Source of the DNA: Trichomonas gallinae | Lineage: Eukaryota | DNA: 55,089 nucleotides | Reading direction: 5' to 3' | Assembly (NCBI GenBank): GCA_008369845.1 | Contig: MRSU01011293.1 | Coordinates: forward strand, 1 to 55,089 | Part shown: positions 10,955 to 22,025 of the stretch, in pieces | Layout of the letters: the number at the start of each line of letters is the position of its first letter | Numbering within the stretch: position 1 is the stretch's first letter | Notes under the pieces: generated by a model | Told to the model about the DNA's origin: nothing | Databases searched by the model: none | The model's input: only the letters and a program-made list of their open reading frames with translations | Translations under genes and position numbers: made by a program

Positions 10955-13102
10955 ATGTCTTTGTCTGAGCTTATTAAGAACGCTAAAATGAAATTTGGTG
11001 CTACAAAGCCTTATGATATACAGGTACAGTTCGGTGAAGACATGATTAAAGCTTTTTCTCAAAACAAAATCGGATTTTTCGAAAGTCCAACAGGAACTGG
11101 TAAATCTATGGCAGTTTTAACATCATCAATCGCATTTATACAAGATAAAAACAAGGATTTTACCGATTCTAATGCTTACGGAGCTGATCATGACGATATC
11201 GATATCATTTACGGAAACAAGCCTAAAAGAAGCAAACTTATTGTTTGCACGCGTACACACAGTCAGATTAAAGAATTAATTAACGAATTAAAGCGACCAA
11301 ATTTATTAAAATTTACAAATGTACCACGAAGAACGAGATGCGTGTCATTAGCGTCACGTAGATTCCTCTGTATCAATGAAAAATACGCTAATTTGTCTGG
11401 TGCTGAACTTAATAATGTTTGCAAGAAATCTTGCGATTATTATGTACAGTTTAAAGATAGAAAGGCAGATATCATCAAGAAAATATCCAATGAACCACAT
11501 GACATAGAAGACCTGATGTCTTATGGACGAGCTGGAATTTTCTGCCCCTATTTTGCTTCTCGATCTTCTCTAAAATTCTGCGACGTGATTTTGATGCCTT
11601 ATCAGACTCTTTTCCAGCCACAGACACTGGAATCGCTTAACATAGACCTCTCTAATGCATACATTGTCATTGATGAAGGTCACAACCTCGTTGACGCGCT
11701 AAATTCGATGTATTCTATAACAATAACGAAAGAAGAAGATATTGTTGGTGTAACAAATGGATTAAAAGAGTTTCAGATCAAACTAAACAAGCTCAAAGGC
11801 GCAGTGAGTGAAGATCCACTCGCTGAAGACGAGAAGAAGTCATCAGAAGCCACACCACAGAATCAGACGAAGAAAGAAATAATGATGAACATGTCAATAT
11901 TAAACAGAATTGCAACAGGTGTTGTTGCGGTTATGAATAAAGTTGCCAAAAAACAAGCGGATAATGTTATGGAGATGAATGATTTCCAGGAGCTTGCAGG
12001 ACTCAGGAACGTCAACCCATTCACTCTCATCGACTTCGTGCAGGAAAAATCATTGGTTTACAGAATCTGCGGCAAAAAAGAAGACAAAGAAAGACTTTCG
12101 TCCACTACAGCTTTCAGGAAACTTCTGCAGTTCGTTGAAGCGATGGGAAATCCAGATAGATATGGAAGAGTTATTATTACAGAGAACTCAATTTCATACA
12201 TGCTGCTGAATCCTTCGCTTGTTTTCGCTGAAGTCGCAAAGAAGGCAAAATCAGTTGTTTTAGTTGGCGGAACACTTCAACCTTTTTCTGATTTAACAGC
12301 ACAGCTCATTGACAATCGAGCAATTTCTGAAGACAGACTGTTCACTCATGTCAATGGACACGTGATTCCAGCAGAGTCTTCACTGACAATGTGCGTGCAC
12401 AAAGGACCAGCGAACAAAAAACTTCGCTTCACTTATGAGACGAGGAAAGATTTGTCATTGTTTGATGAGATCGGCGAATCATGCATACAGCTCTCTAATA
12501 TTGTTCCTGGCGGCATCATTTACTTCTTCACGAGCATTGATCTCTTGAATAAGGCTTACAAGCACATAGAAGAAAAAGGATACAAGGATAAAATCGAAAG
12601 GCACAAATTCATGCTCAAAGAGTCACAAAATCCAAATGATTTGGACAAACTAATGCGACAGTTCAAGAGCTACATAGACAATAAGAGAGATGACTTCACT
12701 GGCTCTGTTCTCTTTGCTGTGATGAACGGAAAACTCAGCGAAGGAATCAATTTCGCGAACGATTATTGTAGGTGCGTTGTATGCGTTGGCATGCCTTTCG
12801 CGAATCCAAATGACACACAGATTGCTGAGAGAATGAAGTTCTTCGATCAGATGCAGCGAGATGGAATTGCTTCATGTACAGGAAAAGAATTCATCGAGAA
12901 CACATGCATGAGAATTGTCAACCAGGCAATCGGAAGAAGCTTCAGGAATATTAAGGACTACGCAGTTGCTATTTTGTTTGACGAAAGATATGACTCGCAT
13001 AAGGCTTTGCTTCCTGGCTGGATACAGAGAAATTACGCCGATATTGATAACTGGCAGGATGTTATTGATTCTGTGAAACTTTTCTTTGCAAAGAAACATT
13101 AG
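10955..13102 (+). CDS. DDX11: Chl1/DDX11-like Fe-S DNA helicase (XPD/Rad3 family)
   Basis: FESPTGTGKS, TRTHSQ, Fe-S cysteines (SRRFLCIN..C..C..CPYFASR), IDEGHNL, GGTLQP, GKLSEGINF, VNQAIGR, DYAVAILFDERY. Confidence 0.88.
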   Translation: MSLSELIKNAKMKFGATKPYDIQVQFGEDMIKAFSQNKIGFFESPTGTGKSMAVLTSSIAFIQDKNKDFTDSNAYGADHDDIDIIYGNKPKRSKLIVCTRTHSQIKELINELKRPNLLKFTNVPRRTRCVSLASRRFLCINEKYANLSGAELNNVCKKSCDYYVQFKDRKADIIKKISNEPHDIEDLMSYGRAGIFCPYFASRSSLKFCDVILMPYQTLFQPQTLESLNIDLSNAYIVIDEGHNLVDALNSMYSITITKEEDIVGVTNGLKEFQIKLNKLKGAVSEDPLAEDEKKSSEATPQNQTKKEIMMNMSILNRIATGVVAVMNKVAKKQADNVMEMNDFQELAGLRNVNPFTLIDFVQEKSLVYRICGKKEDKERLSSTTAFRKLLQFVEAMGNPDRYGRVIITENSISYMLLNPSLVFAEVAKKAKSVVLVGGTLQPFSDLTAQLIDNRAISEDRLFTHVNGHVIPAESSLTMCVHKGPANKKLRFTYETRKDLSLFDEIGESCIQLSNIVPGGIIYFFTSIDLLNKAYKHIEEKGYKDKIERHKFMLKESQNPNDLDKLMRQFKSYIDNKRDDFTGSVLFAVMNGKLSEGINFANDYCRCVVCVGMPFANPNDTQIAERMKFFDQMQRDGIASCTGKEFIENTCMRIVNQAIGRSFRNIKDYAVAILFDERYDSHKALLPGWIQRNYADIDNWQDVIDSVKLFFAKKH

Positions 13103-13515
13103 AAAATTTATAGATTTTGTATTATAAAGATAATTTTAGTTATTTATATTATTTTATACATGAAATGTATTCTAACATGACAAATTTAAACCAGCACATA
13201 CATATGTGTAATATCACCAAAGAACAATAGCTAAATATTACGAAATGACTCAGAAGAACAAATTTAAATAAATCTATATTACAAAAAAACAATGGATGCA
13301 TAACTATATTGAGCTTTTTCAAGATCATAAAATATAGTCATATATAGTAGAATGCAAGCAAAACTACTCTGCTTTAAACCATGATTAAAATATAGTATTT
13401 ACAACATTATATATTTCTTCAATCTGCTAATAATTGCAAATTTGCTTGATTAAAAAATGACATTCGCATAATAAGATTAATTTAATAAACAAAAGAAATA
13501 TATATAAATAATAAA

Positions 13516-15756
13516 TCAATACATGTCACCGTTTGCAATCATTCTCAGCATGACATGCTCCAGGTTTTCGATAGACATTGCGTATCCTGATGCTCCGCTT
13601 CCATGAATTTTTTCGTCCAGCAAAGTCATCAGTGAAGGAATTTTGTCTGAGACAGGAATCATTATCGAATCTCCTCTCTCGAAATCAACTTCAGCGTCTG
13701 GAACTACTGTCTTAACTATTTCAAGAACTTTATCAACTGTTTCATCCAAATCTCCATCATCTTCTCCGATGATTTTCAGTCTGTACCCGCATCTATACTT
13801 CTCTCTCAAATCACTTGGCGAGCCCTGGAAAAGTATGTGGCCCAATTCCATGACAAATAGTCTAGATGCGACAGCTTCACCTTCTTCAAGGCTGTGGCTG
13901 GCGATAATAGTTGTTGTATCCTTGAAATAGCTTGCGATGTTCCACACTCTCTGCCTCCTTCCTACATCCACGCCAACTGTCGGCTCGTCGAGGATAACCA
14001 AGCGCGGAGAACCAATGAAAGCCATAGCAGTGGACACGCAGCGCTTCTGACCAGCAGATAGTTTAGGTGGATACCTGTCAAGAAGCTCATTGATGTCCAG
14101 TAATGTTGTGATGTAATCTATATGATCTGCGACGTCTTCTTTCTTGACGCCTCTTATATTCGCGAGGAATTCAAGGTGCTTTCTGACGGTCAAGTTATCG
14201 AAGAAGACGTTGTCCTGGTAGCAGAAGCCTGTTGACTTCTGAAGATCCAAGAACTGTCCCTCTTTTCCGAAAATTGATATGGAGCCGCTGTCTGTGGCAA
14301 TAGCACCAGTCAATGACTGCAAAAGTGTGGTTTTTCCGCTGCCGTTTGGGCCAATGATTAGGATGACTTCGCCCTTAGATATCTCGAACTCAATATTGTC
14401 GACAGCAACAACATTTTTCTTCGTTTTGTAGATTTTTGTCAGATTTTTAACACTGATAAACGGCTGAGACTCATCTTCTACGTAGTCTTTGCTTTTCTGG
14501 AACAGTTTCTTCCACGCTGTGCCTTTGAACAAATTCTTGATGCCGATGAGAGGAAGACCCCATTCTTTAGGGATAATAAGGATAATGAAGATGAATATTG
14601 TAGCGTAAAGGAAAATCTGGAAGATTAAAAGGCCAACTAATTCTTCATATTTGAAAATTTTGATATTATCAGGATCTTTGTTGGTAAACGACATGCCATT
14701 GAGTATGTCGTGATGTATATTCATGAAAAAGTTGTAAATTACGGCAGACGGGAGGAAATAACAATTTCCTGGCGGATTAAAGCCGATAACACCTGGAATT
14801 ATCCATCCAATACATATGAAAATGACATAGAATATGATGAAGAAGCCAAACTTGCCTGGGCGGTTGAAAACAGGGGCAAGAAAAACTGCGCTCAAATATA
14901 TCGCGATGCTCGCCAGGAATAAGAAAGAAAATATGATGAAAAAGTTGAATCCAAGCTCGTGAACCTTTTTGTGACTATATTCTTCAATAGAAAAGATCAA
15001 GGATGTGATCAAACAATATACTAAATCAAATAATACGAAACCTGTCCATATAACAATATCATGAACACCAGATATGTTCAACAAGACTAATGCCTTGCTT
15101 TTCATCCACTGACTCAATGGATAAAAATGCGCTATTATTAAAAACAAGTAACTGCATGGAAATATCCAAACATTCCATATAAAAACTCTAGGTACAACTA
15201 TGGCTGGTCGCAAAAATAAGCCAGCGAAGAGATTTAATGATGTTTTTAAACGTTCATTTGAGTACGCCCGTGCAACTGCATTAATGAGTGTGTATTCATT
15301 CTGATTTTGATTGCTGTAGCCGAGATTGAATCCTTTGGGATTATCAACTGCTTCTAAATCCGTAATAACAATATCTGTGAATAAATTTATATTCGATGAG
15401 CGCCTAGCATCGCCAATGAATTTGACGTGATCTGGAGTGTAGTTTGTAAATATAAGCGGTATTTTGTTTTTATCTTCATCTTTCTTTGCAACGACATATA
15501 TTGTTCTTTCATTCGCGTTAAGATACTCTGTAACACCCATATCCATCAATGATGCACTCCTCCCTGTCGTGCTAGTTGGTGTTGAGATCATATCTGAAGC
15601 ATTTGCGAAAATTGATCCAATTGAGCAAAACATAAACCAAAGAACGAAGATTGATTTGATTCTAATCCTCGTATCTAGCTTAATCCAGTTCCAAACCATC
15701 TTCCAAAAGGATACTTTGCTGGTTTTATATGAATGATCAAAATCTTCCAACTCCAT
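13516..15756 (-). CDS. ABCA-family ABC half-transporter (TMD-NBD)
   Basis: About six TM segments, then Walker A GPNGSGKT, signature LSAGQKR, Walker B ILDEPTVGVD, H-loop ASH and ABCA-type tail LREKYRCGY...LEHVML. Confidence 0.92.
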   Translation of the reverse strand: MELEDFDHSYKTSKVSFWKMVWNWIKLDTRIRIKSIFVLWFMFCSIGSIFANASDMISTPTSTTGRSASLMDMGVTEYLNANERTIYVVAKKDEDKNKIPLIFTNYTPDHVKFIGDARRSSNINLFTDIVITDLEAVDNPKGFNLGYSNQNQNEYTLINAVARAYSNERLKTSLNLFAGLFLRPAIVVPRVFIWNVWIFPCSYLFLIIAHFYPLSQWMKSKALVLLNISGVHDIVIWTGFVLFDLVYCLITSLIFSIEEYSHKKVHELGFNFFIIFSFLFLASIAIYLSAVFLAPVFNRPGKFGFFIIFYVIFICIGWIIPGVIGFNPPGNCYFLPSAVIYNFFMNIHHDILNGMSFTNKDPDNIKIFKYEELVGLLIFQIFLYATIFIFIILIIPKEWGLPLIGIKNLFKGTAWKKLFQKSKDYVEDESQPFISVKNLTKIYKTKKNVVAVDNIEFEISKGEVILIIGPNGSGKTTLLQSLTGAIATDSGSISIFGKEGQFLDLQKSTGFCYQDNVFFDNLTVRKHLEFLANIRGVKKEDVADHIDYITTLLDINELLDRYPPKLSAGQKRCVSTAMAFIGSPRLVILDEPTVGVDVGRRQRVWNIASYFKDTTTIIASHSLEEGEAVASRLFVMELGHILFQGSPSDLREKYRCGYRLKIIGEDDGDLDETVDKVLEIVKTVVPDAEVDFERGDSIMIPVSDKIPSLMTLLDEKIHGSGASGYAMSIENLEHVMLRMIANGDMY

Positions 15757-15851
15757 AAAAATTGATGTTTTACGGGCGTGAAAGAATTCTGTAATATTGA
15801 TAGCAGCTGTATTGCACCATTATTGATGTAAAAAGATTTTTCAATTTGAGT

Positions 15852-15965
15852 TAAAAATAATCGTAACGATAGAATTTTGTGGTAAAAATAATCGTTATGA
15901 AAGGAATTTTGTGGTAAAAATAATCGTAATGAAGTAATTTTTCAATCGATAATAATCGTCATAAC
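15852..15965. repeat. ~32-bp tandem repeat (about 3.5 copies) AAAAATAATCGTwAyGA..GAATTTTGTGGT
   Basis: AATAATCGT occurs four times and GAATTTTGTGGTAAAAATAATCGT twice exactly. Confidence 0.8.
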
Positions 15966-16229
15966 TTTACAAGTATAGTGAATTAGATCATGCAATGTTC
16001 TATACTTTTCCTAAATCCAATGTCTAATTAAAATCTCACAGTCCATTGATAATTGCTTCTTTCTGTTCATACAACTGATGTCAATGCATGTGGCTCGGAT
16101 GGTTGGACGGCATTACTTAATGCATCATATAAAAAATTTTAAAAACCACTATTGAACCATTTTGGTCCAATTCCACACTATTTGACAAAAAAATTTTTTT
16201 TTTGTGGACAATTTATTCATTTTTCAAAA

Positions 16230-17273
16230 ATGAGTGACCTAGTGTTCGACCCTGTGGGAAGTGTGAAATCCATACCTCATATGATTGCAAATGACACGCT
16301 CACTGAAGTGCTTGATTCTAACCAGTTGTCTGAGTGTTTGAAGCATATCACATTGAACGTCAATCAGTCGATCTACATTCTTGAGCAAATAAAACTGAAA
16401 TACAACGATTCGGAAAGACACAAGATTATATCTCATATATTCATAAATTTCGGTGATGGAGATAGGTTTGATAATAACAAGTTTTTCGAGTTCCTCACCG
16501 TTTTTGGAAATTGACCCCGCATTGACATATTTGATTCTATTGTCAACATTGTTAAGACAATAATTTCAAAAATCAACCAAGCTCCAAAGCCAAAACCACA
16601 TCCACAAACACAACCACATACTCAGACAATCAACAAGAATATAGAACTTATGAAACAAATTCAAAAATTAGATGAAAACTTCCCAAGAATATATGATCTT
16701 TTCAATAAGATTGCAACTGAAAATGATAGAGAAGCAATATTGTATGGAATTCGGAACAGTTTCTATAATTTGAAAGACAAAGATTCTCGCAAAAACATAT
16801 TAATCAAAGTTTCCGAAGAAAACAACATGAATCTTGTTCGTATTTTGACAGAATCGAATATATATGTCGACGAAAGAGACAAGGATAAGTGTACTCCACT
16901 AATTATTGCATCACAAAATGCTCATTATGATATTGTCAAGCATCTTCTCAGTACTACTGGCATTGATATCAATGCAAGAGACAAAGAAAGCAAATCTGCT
17001 CTATTTCATGCATCAATTAAAGGCTATCATGAAATTGTCAAACTACTCGCAGTTCCTGAAATAGATGTCAACGCAAAAGACAATGACAACAGTACAGCTT
17101 TGATTTTTGCTTCAAGATGTGGTTATCATGAAGTTGTCAGACTCCTTCTCGCAGTTCCTGGTATTAATGTCAATGCATGATGCACATTAAACAGAACTGC
17201 ATTATATTGTGCTAGAATCAATAGTCATTCTGAGGTGCAAAGAATCTTGAAAGAACATGGTGCATATGAATAA
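16230..17273 (+). pseudogene. Ankyrin-repeat gene interrupted by two in-frame TGA codons (16512-16514, 17178-17180)
   Basis: Track ORFs 16152-16514 and 16650-17180 share one frame with an open linker (PRIDIFDSIVNIVKT...). The ankyrin consensus resumes after the second TGA (CTLNRTALYCARINSHSEVQRILKEHGAYE*). Inr-like TCATTTTT precedes ATG 16230. Confidence 0.8.
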
Positions 17274-17444
17274 TGAAAATCACTTAACTGAGAACATTAT
17301 AAAACATTTCATCTCTTTTCTGATTAAATCAAATTATTTTAAAAATTTTATCCAATTTTATTTCATTTCTGTTTTGTAATAGGATGGTATATACCATTTC
17401 TATCTTTATTTGAGAATTTAAAAAACAAGAAAAGTGACAAAAAT

Positions 17445-18938
17445 ATGAAAAAGAGCTCTGCGACAGCATCTGATTCATCAACGAAGGATGACTCGTTCTC
17501 AGAGAAAAGCGATAAAGGCTCTCCAAATCAGGAGAACATCAAATCCGGATCATCTAAATCTAAGAGCTCCGAAATGAAAGATAAAGCAGAAGTCGATGAT
17601 TCTGGCGATGATATTGTCATTGCATTCGATTGGAATGGATATGACACGCTATGCATATTCCTACTCCTTTTTACAGGTATTATTACTCGTTTTTACTTGA
17701 TTCATTATCCGAAGTCATTCGTAGACAGAGAAGCAGTCCACATAAGTTACATCAACTGCTATCTTAACGGCTCATTTTTCGTTGACAGTCAGCCACCTCT
17801 TGCAGAACTTCTTCTTTCTCTTTATGCGGGAAAATCCGGATACAGGCAATCGATTAAACCTAGCAACTTCAACAGTACATACTCATACACCAGTTTAGAA
17901 TACGTATCTATGCGCACTCCTTCAACTCTGCTTGCTACACTAGTTATTCCATTATCTTTTTTAAATGTCCGTCTTCTCGGCGGTTCTACATTCTCAGCAA
18001 TGAGTGCTGGTGTTTTCACGATGTTTGACTTCCTTTTTGTGTCCACATCTCGAAGTATTACAACAGATGGATTTATTCAGTTTTTCGTCGGCCTCACTGT
18101 CTTTTTTAGCGCCCTACTCAGACACTACAACCCATCATCTACATCCTGGAGCATTTGCATCATCTGCCAGTCACTTTTTGCTGGATGCACACTCGCGAGC
18201 AGCTGGAGTAGCCTATCATTGGTTGTCTTCGTTATTATGTTCAACTACCTCACTTACCACACGTTCAGACCCATTCCTGTCAATCTGTCGATAATTTTTA
18301 TCATTTTCTACTTCGCGTGGATTACACACGTTATTTTCCTTCCATATCAATCGATAAACGCCAAGCTTATATCAGACGCATACAGGAAGGACCTGATAAA
18401 GCCTGGGCAGCCGCTGAGAATCAAGCACCTCAAAGTTGTCGTGCACGCGCTAGAATTATTTTTCCTATCATTCAGACTTCACCTGAGGAATTCTCACTTC
18501 GTGCCTGTCCATAGGTGGATATTCATGACGTGCAAGTGGAAGGTTTTGTTCAGGGAGAGGGGAAGGATAGTCGCAGTGTTCGGAAATCTGCCCGTCTGGT
18601 TCTTCATAGGATTGTCTACTATATCCGAGTTCACAAAGATTTCGCTGTCGAGAAGGTTAAGAGACCCGACGGCTATAATATTCTTCGGATATCTCTCGGG
18701 AATCATATTCTTGATGCTCGGAAACTCTGAGAGAGGGTTATGCGACTACGCTGTTCCTCTTCTGTTCGGAATCTGGGGACTATCTTTGTGCTTGGACACA
18801 GAGCTGCCTCCTGACACTGCTGGTTTCGTTTTGTCGTCTCTTTGTGTTGCGTCTGCATTCATATATATGCTGTGGTCGCCTTTCGTTTATGGATATGATA
18901 GCTTCGGCTCTAGATTCTTGCCTTACTTCGCCGAATAA
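17445..18938 (+). CDS. PMT-family (GT39) protein O-glycosyltransferase homolog lacking a MIR domain
   Basis: TRFYLIHYPKSFVDRE, YLNGSFFVDSQPPLA, SRSITTDG, FGNLPVWF, DYAVPLLF, SPFVYG correspond to PMT/PMT_4TMC blocks; multiple TM helices. Confidence 0.85.
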   Translation: MKKSSATASDSSTKDDSFSEKSDKGSPNQENIKSGSSKSKSSEMKDKAEVDDSGDDIVIAFDWNGYDTLCIFLLLFTGIITRFYLIHYPKSFVDREAVHISYINCYLNGSFFVDSQPPLAELLLSLYAGKSGYRQSIKPSNFNSTYSYTSLEYVSMRTPSTLLATLVIPLSFLNVRLLGGSTFSAMSAGVFTMFDFLFVSTSRSITTDGFIQFFVGLTVFFSALLRHYNPSSTSWSICIICQSLFAGCTLASSWSSLSLVVFVIMFNYLTYHTFRPIPVNLSIIFIIFYFAWITHVIFLPYQSINAKLISDAYRKDLIKPGQPLRIKHLKVVVHALELFFLSFRLHLRNSHFVPVHRWIFMTCKWKVLFRERGRIVAVFGNLPVWFFIGLSTISEFTKISLSRRLRDPTAIIFFGYLSGIIFLMLGNSERGLCDYAVPLLFGIWGLSLCLDTELPPDTAGFVLSSLCVASAFIYMLWSPFVYGYDSFGSRFLPYFAE

Positions 18939-20900
18939 TATAATTGTATATAGTTGTTTGTTTTGTTTTAATATAAATTTAATTTTCTATCATTTTCTTG
19001 TGCATTCATGTATTATACATTCAGTTTCACTTTTTAAAATATATATTGGGTAAAATTCGAATGTATTATAAAAAAGTCTAGTTAGAATTTGTATCTAACT
19101 CATCAATAACCCATACTTGTATTCAAGTGAATAAATCTACTTCGTATATAAACGATTTAATAAATAAAAACAACAAAATACAAAAGATTAAGACAATTTC
19201 CAACGAAAATATATTGATTTGTCTGTGTGGCAAGCTTTCATTAGTCGATTTATTTCTAAATAACAAAATAAATATTATTAAAACATCAATTTTTCTACTG
19301 AAATTAATATTTTTCGATTTTGTTGGTATCTTAGTTTGGATATGTATTCACCTAGATAGTGCAACTATGGATTTAATTGTTATTAGGTTAGATTTGATAA
19401 TTATTGAATTTGGTGATGATATTTTATTCTATGGAGATTGTTTGCATGTATTACAATAATATAATACAGAAGTTATGGCGACTCTAATTAGACATTTGTA
19501 GATCGATGGAGTATTTGCTTTGTTTTGAAATCTAAATTAATATTGCTTATTAATCGAGATTTCTTTCGGGAATATCAAGCGTTCGTAAATTTAACTGACT
19601 CATAGTTCAGCAAGTATCGAATTAAATGATTGGATTAGAATGTTGAAATAAGAGAACGATATAATGGGAAATCTGTGGAAGATATATGATGCCCATGTAA
19701 CTACTGTTCATGTGGCTGCATCAAAAATATGAATTAACTTGGAAAATTTAATAATGCCAATTTTATCAACTAATTGTAGCTTCTTTCTATGAATTTTCGA
19801 AAACATCTACGCTAAAATTATGATGGGAGAACTTCCAATGAACTATTATCGGTTAATTTTATTTTTTGATAATAAAACTGTTAAAAAAAGAGTAGTTTTA
19901 CTAAGAGTATAACTCTAGAACAACTAATCTTTATAGTTCATAAGTCGAAAGGCTGCCAAGTCGATCAATAAGCTGAAAATCAATTAATAATAAAAGAGAC
20001 AACAAAAGGGTTTCGACTGGTTTGATGATGTTCTTATACAGTTTTGAAGAAACTATAATCTGGATTTCTCCTTTTTAAAGATAACGCGCCTTTTTGATGT
20101 TTTCCACATGATTTTTGTTAACACACTGTTTTGATGATGTAGACATGATATTTGCATGAAGGTAATATGAGTATCAAATGTTAAAATAGAAACGACGATA
20201 TTTTTGAATTAATTTGAAAAATTAGACTTTTTCGACCGCGCAATTGACGAAATCTGCTTTTAATCTATTAAATGCACCGAAAGGTGTTTTCCCGTAATTC
20301 CGCTTGAAGAAATTCGCAAGGTCACAATATAAATAATGTCGTAGAGTTATTAATTCCTTTCAATAGTCAAGTTATATGATGCCCGAATGTATCTGTGTTC
20401 GTTCGTGAGATGTATACCACGAAATACAACTTGTCGTTATTTTTTGGAGAAATCTTTATGTTTTTATGCAATTGTGTAAAAAATGCTATATATGTGTTAT
20501 AAATCATTTTATCAAAAGATCGTCGATCGATACAAAAAATTTTTTATGTTTGAGGTTGATATTTATATAGAGAGAGAGTATGATTTAATGAAAAAAATAA
20601 CTTTTTATTTTTGAATTAATTCAATTTATAAATTTGAAAGATTCACAATTACCAAAACAGTTGAAATAGAATGATGGCATTATATAGAATAATAAAATTA
20701 TTTATATCATCTTCATCGTTTCTAATTGACCTCACTTTCCGTTGATGTTTTGCTGTGTTTTGGGGGTAACAAATAAGTGAAGTGCTGGAGAAATCGAATT
20801 CAAATTGTGGATAGAACAGAAAATTGAGTGGATTCAAAAATCGTCCAAACATCATTTTCACCTCACTTTTGATTCAATTTATTATCGTTTGCAAAACAGC

Positions 20901-20908
20901 TCATTTTT
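20901..20908 (+). promoter_or_regulatory. Initiator (Inr) element TCATTTTT of the ADH gene
   Basis: Matches the trichomonad Inr TCAYT, starting 12 nt upstream of ATG 20913. Similar (G)TCACTTT lies upstream of the ATGs at 22397, 32052, 40511(-) and 47428. Confidence 0.7.
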
Positions 20909-20912
20909 AGGA

Positions 20913-22025
20913 ATGTCTGAGAAGAAGCATTTCGTTCTCCCAGAGAAGATGAAGGGCTTTGCCATGCTCGGTATCGGCAAGGTCGGCTGGATCGAGAAGC
21001 CAGTTCCAGAGTGTGGCCCACTTGATGCTATTGTTCGCCCACTCGCTCTCGCTCCATGCACATCTGATATCCATACAGTTTGGGCTGGTGCTATCGGTGA
21101 GCGCCACGACATGATCCTCGGTCACGAAGCTGTTGGCCAGATCGTCAAGGTCGGTGACATGGTCAAGGAGCTCAAGGTTGGTGACAAGGTCATCGTCCCA
21201 GCCATCACACCAGATTGGGGTGATGCTGCCTCCCAGGCTGGACACCCAATGCACTCCGGTGGCATGCTCGGCGGCTGGAAGTTCTCCAACTTCAAGGATG
21301 GTGTTTTCGGCGAATATTTCCACGTCAACGAGGCTGATGCTAACCTTGCTAAGCTCCCAGAGGGCCTTACACCACGCCAATGCGTCATGTGCTCTGATAT
21401 GATGACAACAGGCTTCCACGGTGCTGAACTCGCCGGCATCAAGCTCGGTGAACAAGTCTGCGTCATCGGTATCGGCCCAGTCGGTCTCATGTCCGTCCGC
21501 GGTGCTGCCCTCATGGGTGCCTCCCGCATCATCGCTGTCGGCTCTCGCCCACACTGCTGCGACATCGCTATCCAGTACGGTGCTACAGATATCGTCAACT
21601 ACCGCAACGGTGACATCGTCGAGCAGGTCCTCAAATTGACAGACGGCAAGGGTGTCGACAAGGTCATCATCGCTGGTGGTGACAACCACACATTCGCCCA
21701 GGCTGTCAAGATGATGAAAGCTGGTGGCTGGATCGGAAACGTTAACTACCTTGGTGAAGGTGAAAACGTCGATGTTCCACGTGTTGAGTGGGGTGTCGGT
21801 ATGGGCCACAAGTTCATCCACGGTGGTCTCACACCAGGTGGCCGCCTTCGTATGGAGCGCGTCGCTAACCTCATCAAGTACGGCCGCGTCGACCCAACAA
21901 AGCTCATCACACACGAATACAAGGGCTTCGAGCACGTTGAGGAGGCTATCATGCTCATGAAGGATAAGCCAGCTGATCTCATCAAGCCAGTCGTCCTCAT
22001 CGAGTACGACGACGATCTCTGCTAA
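20913..22025 (+). CDS. adh: NADP-dependent Zn secondary alcohol dehydrogenase (bacterial/Entamoeba ADH1 type)
   Basis: MKGFAMLGIGKVGWIEK..CGPLDA..RPLA.APCTSDIHTV, ILGHEAVG, DMMTTGFHGAELA, GIGPVG, NADP-specifying VGSR, KDKPADLIKPVV. Strong C-ending codon bias suggests high expression. Confidence 0.95.
   Translation: MSEKKHFVLPEKMKGFAMLGIGKVGWIEKPVPECGPLDAIVRPLALAPCTSDIHTVWAGAIGERHDMILGHEAVGQIVKVGDMVKELKVGDKVIVPAITPDWGDAASQAGHPMHSGGMLGGWKFSNFKDGVFGEYFHVNEADANLAKLPEGLTPRQCVMCSDMMTTGFHGAELAGIKLGEQVCVIGIGPVGLMSVRGAALMGASRIIAVGSRPHCCDIAIQYGATDIVNYRNGDIVEQVLKLTDGKGVDKVIIAGGDNHTFAQAVKMMKAGGWIGNVNYLGEGENVDVPRVEWGVGMGHKFIHGGLTPGGRLRMERVANLIKYGRVDPTKLITHEYKGFEHVEEAIMLMKDKPADLIKPVVLIEYDDDLC

Noticed and set aside
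19127..19459. Short AT-rich ORFs such as 3316-3588, 4033-4230, 19127-19459, 40466-40726, 51080-51295
   Set aside because: Mostly non-ATG starts, I/F/N/K-biased composition typical of random AT-rich frames, no motifs.
20907..21935. 342-aa antisense ORF and other nested ORFs over ADH
   Set aside because: Expected shadow of strong C-ending codon bias in a highly expressed gene; no recognisable protein features.
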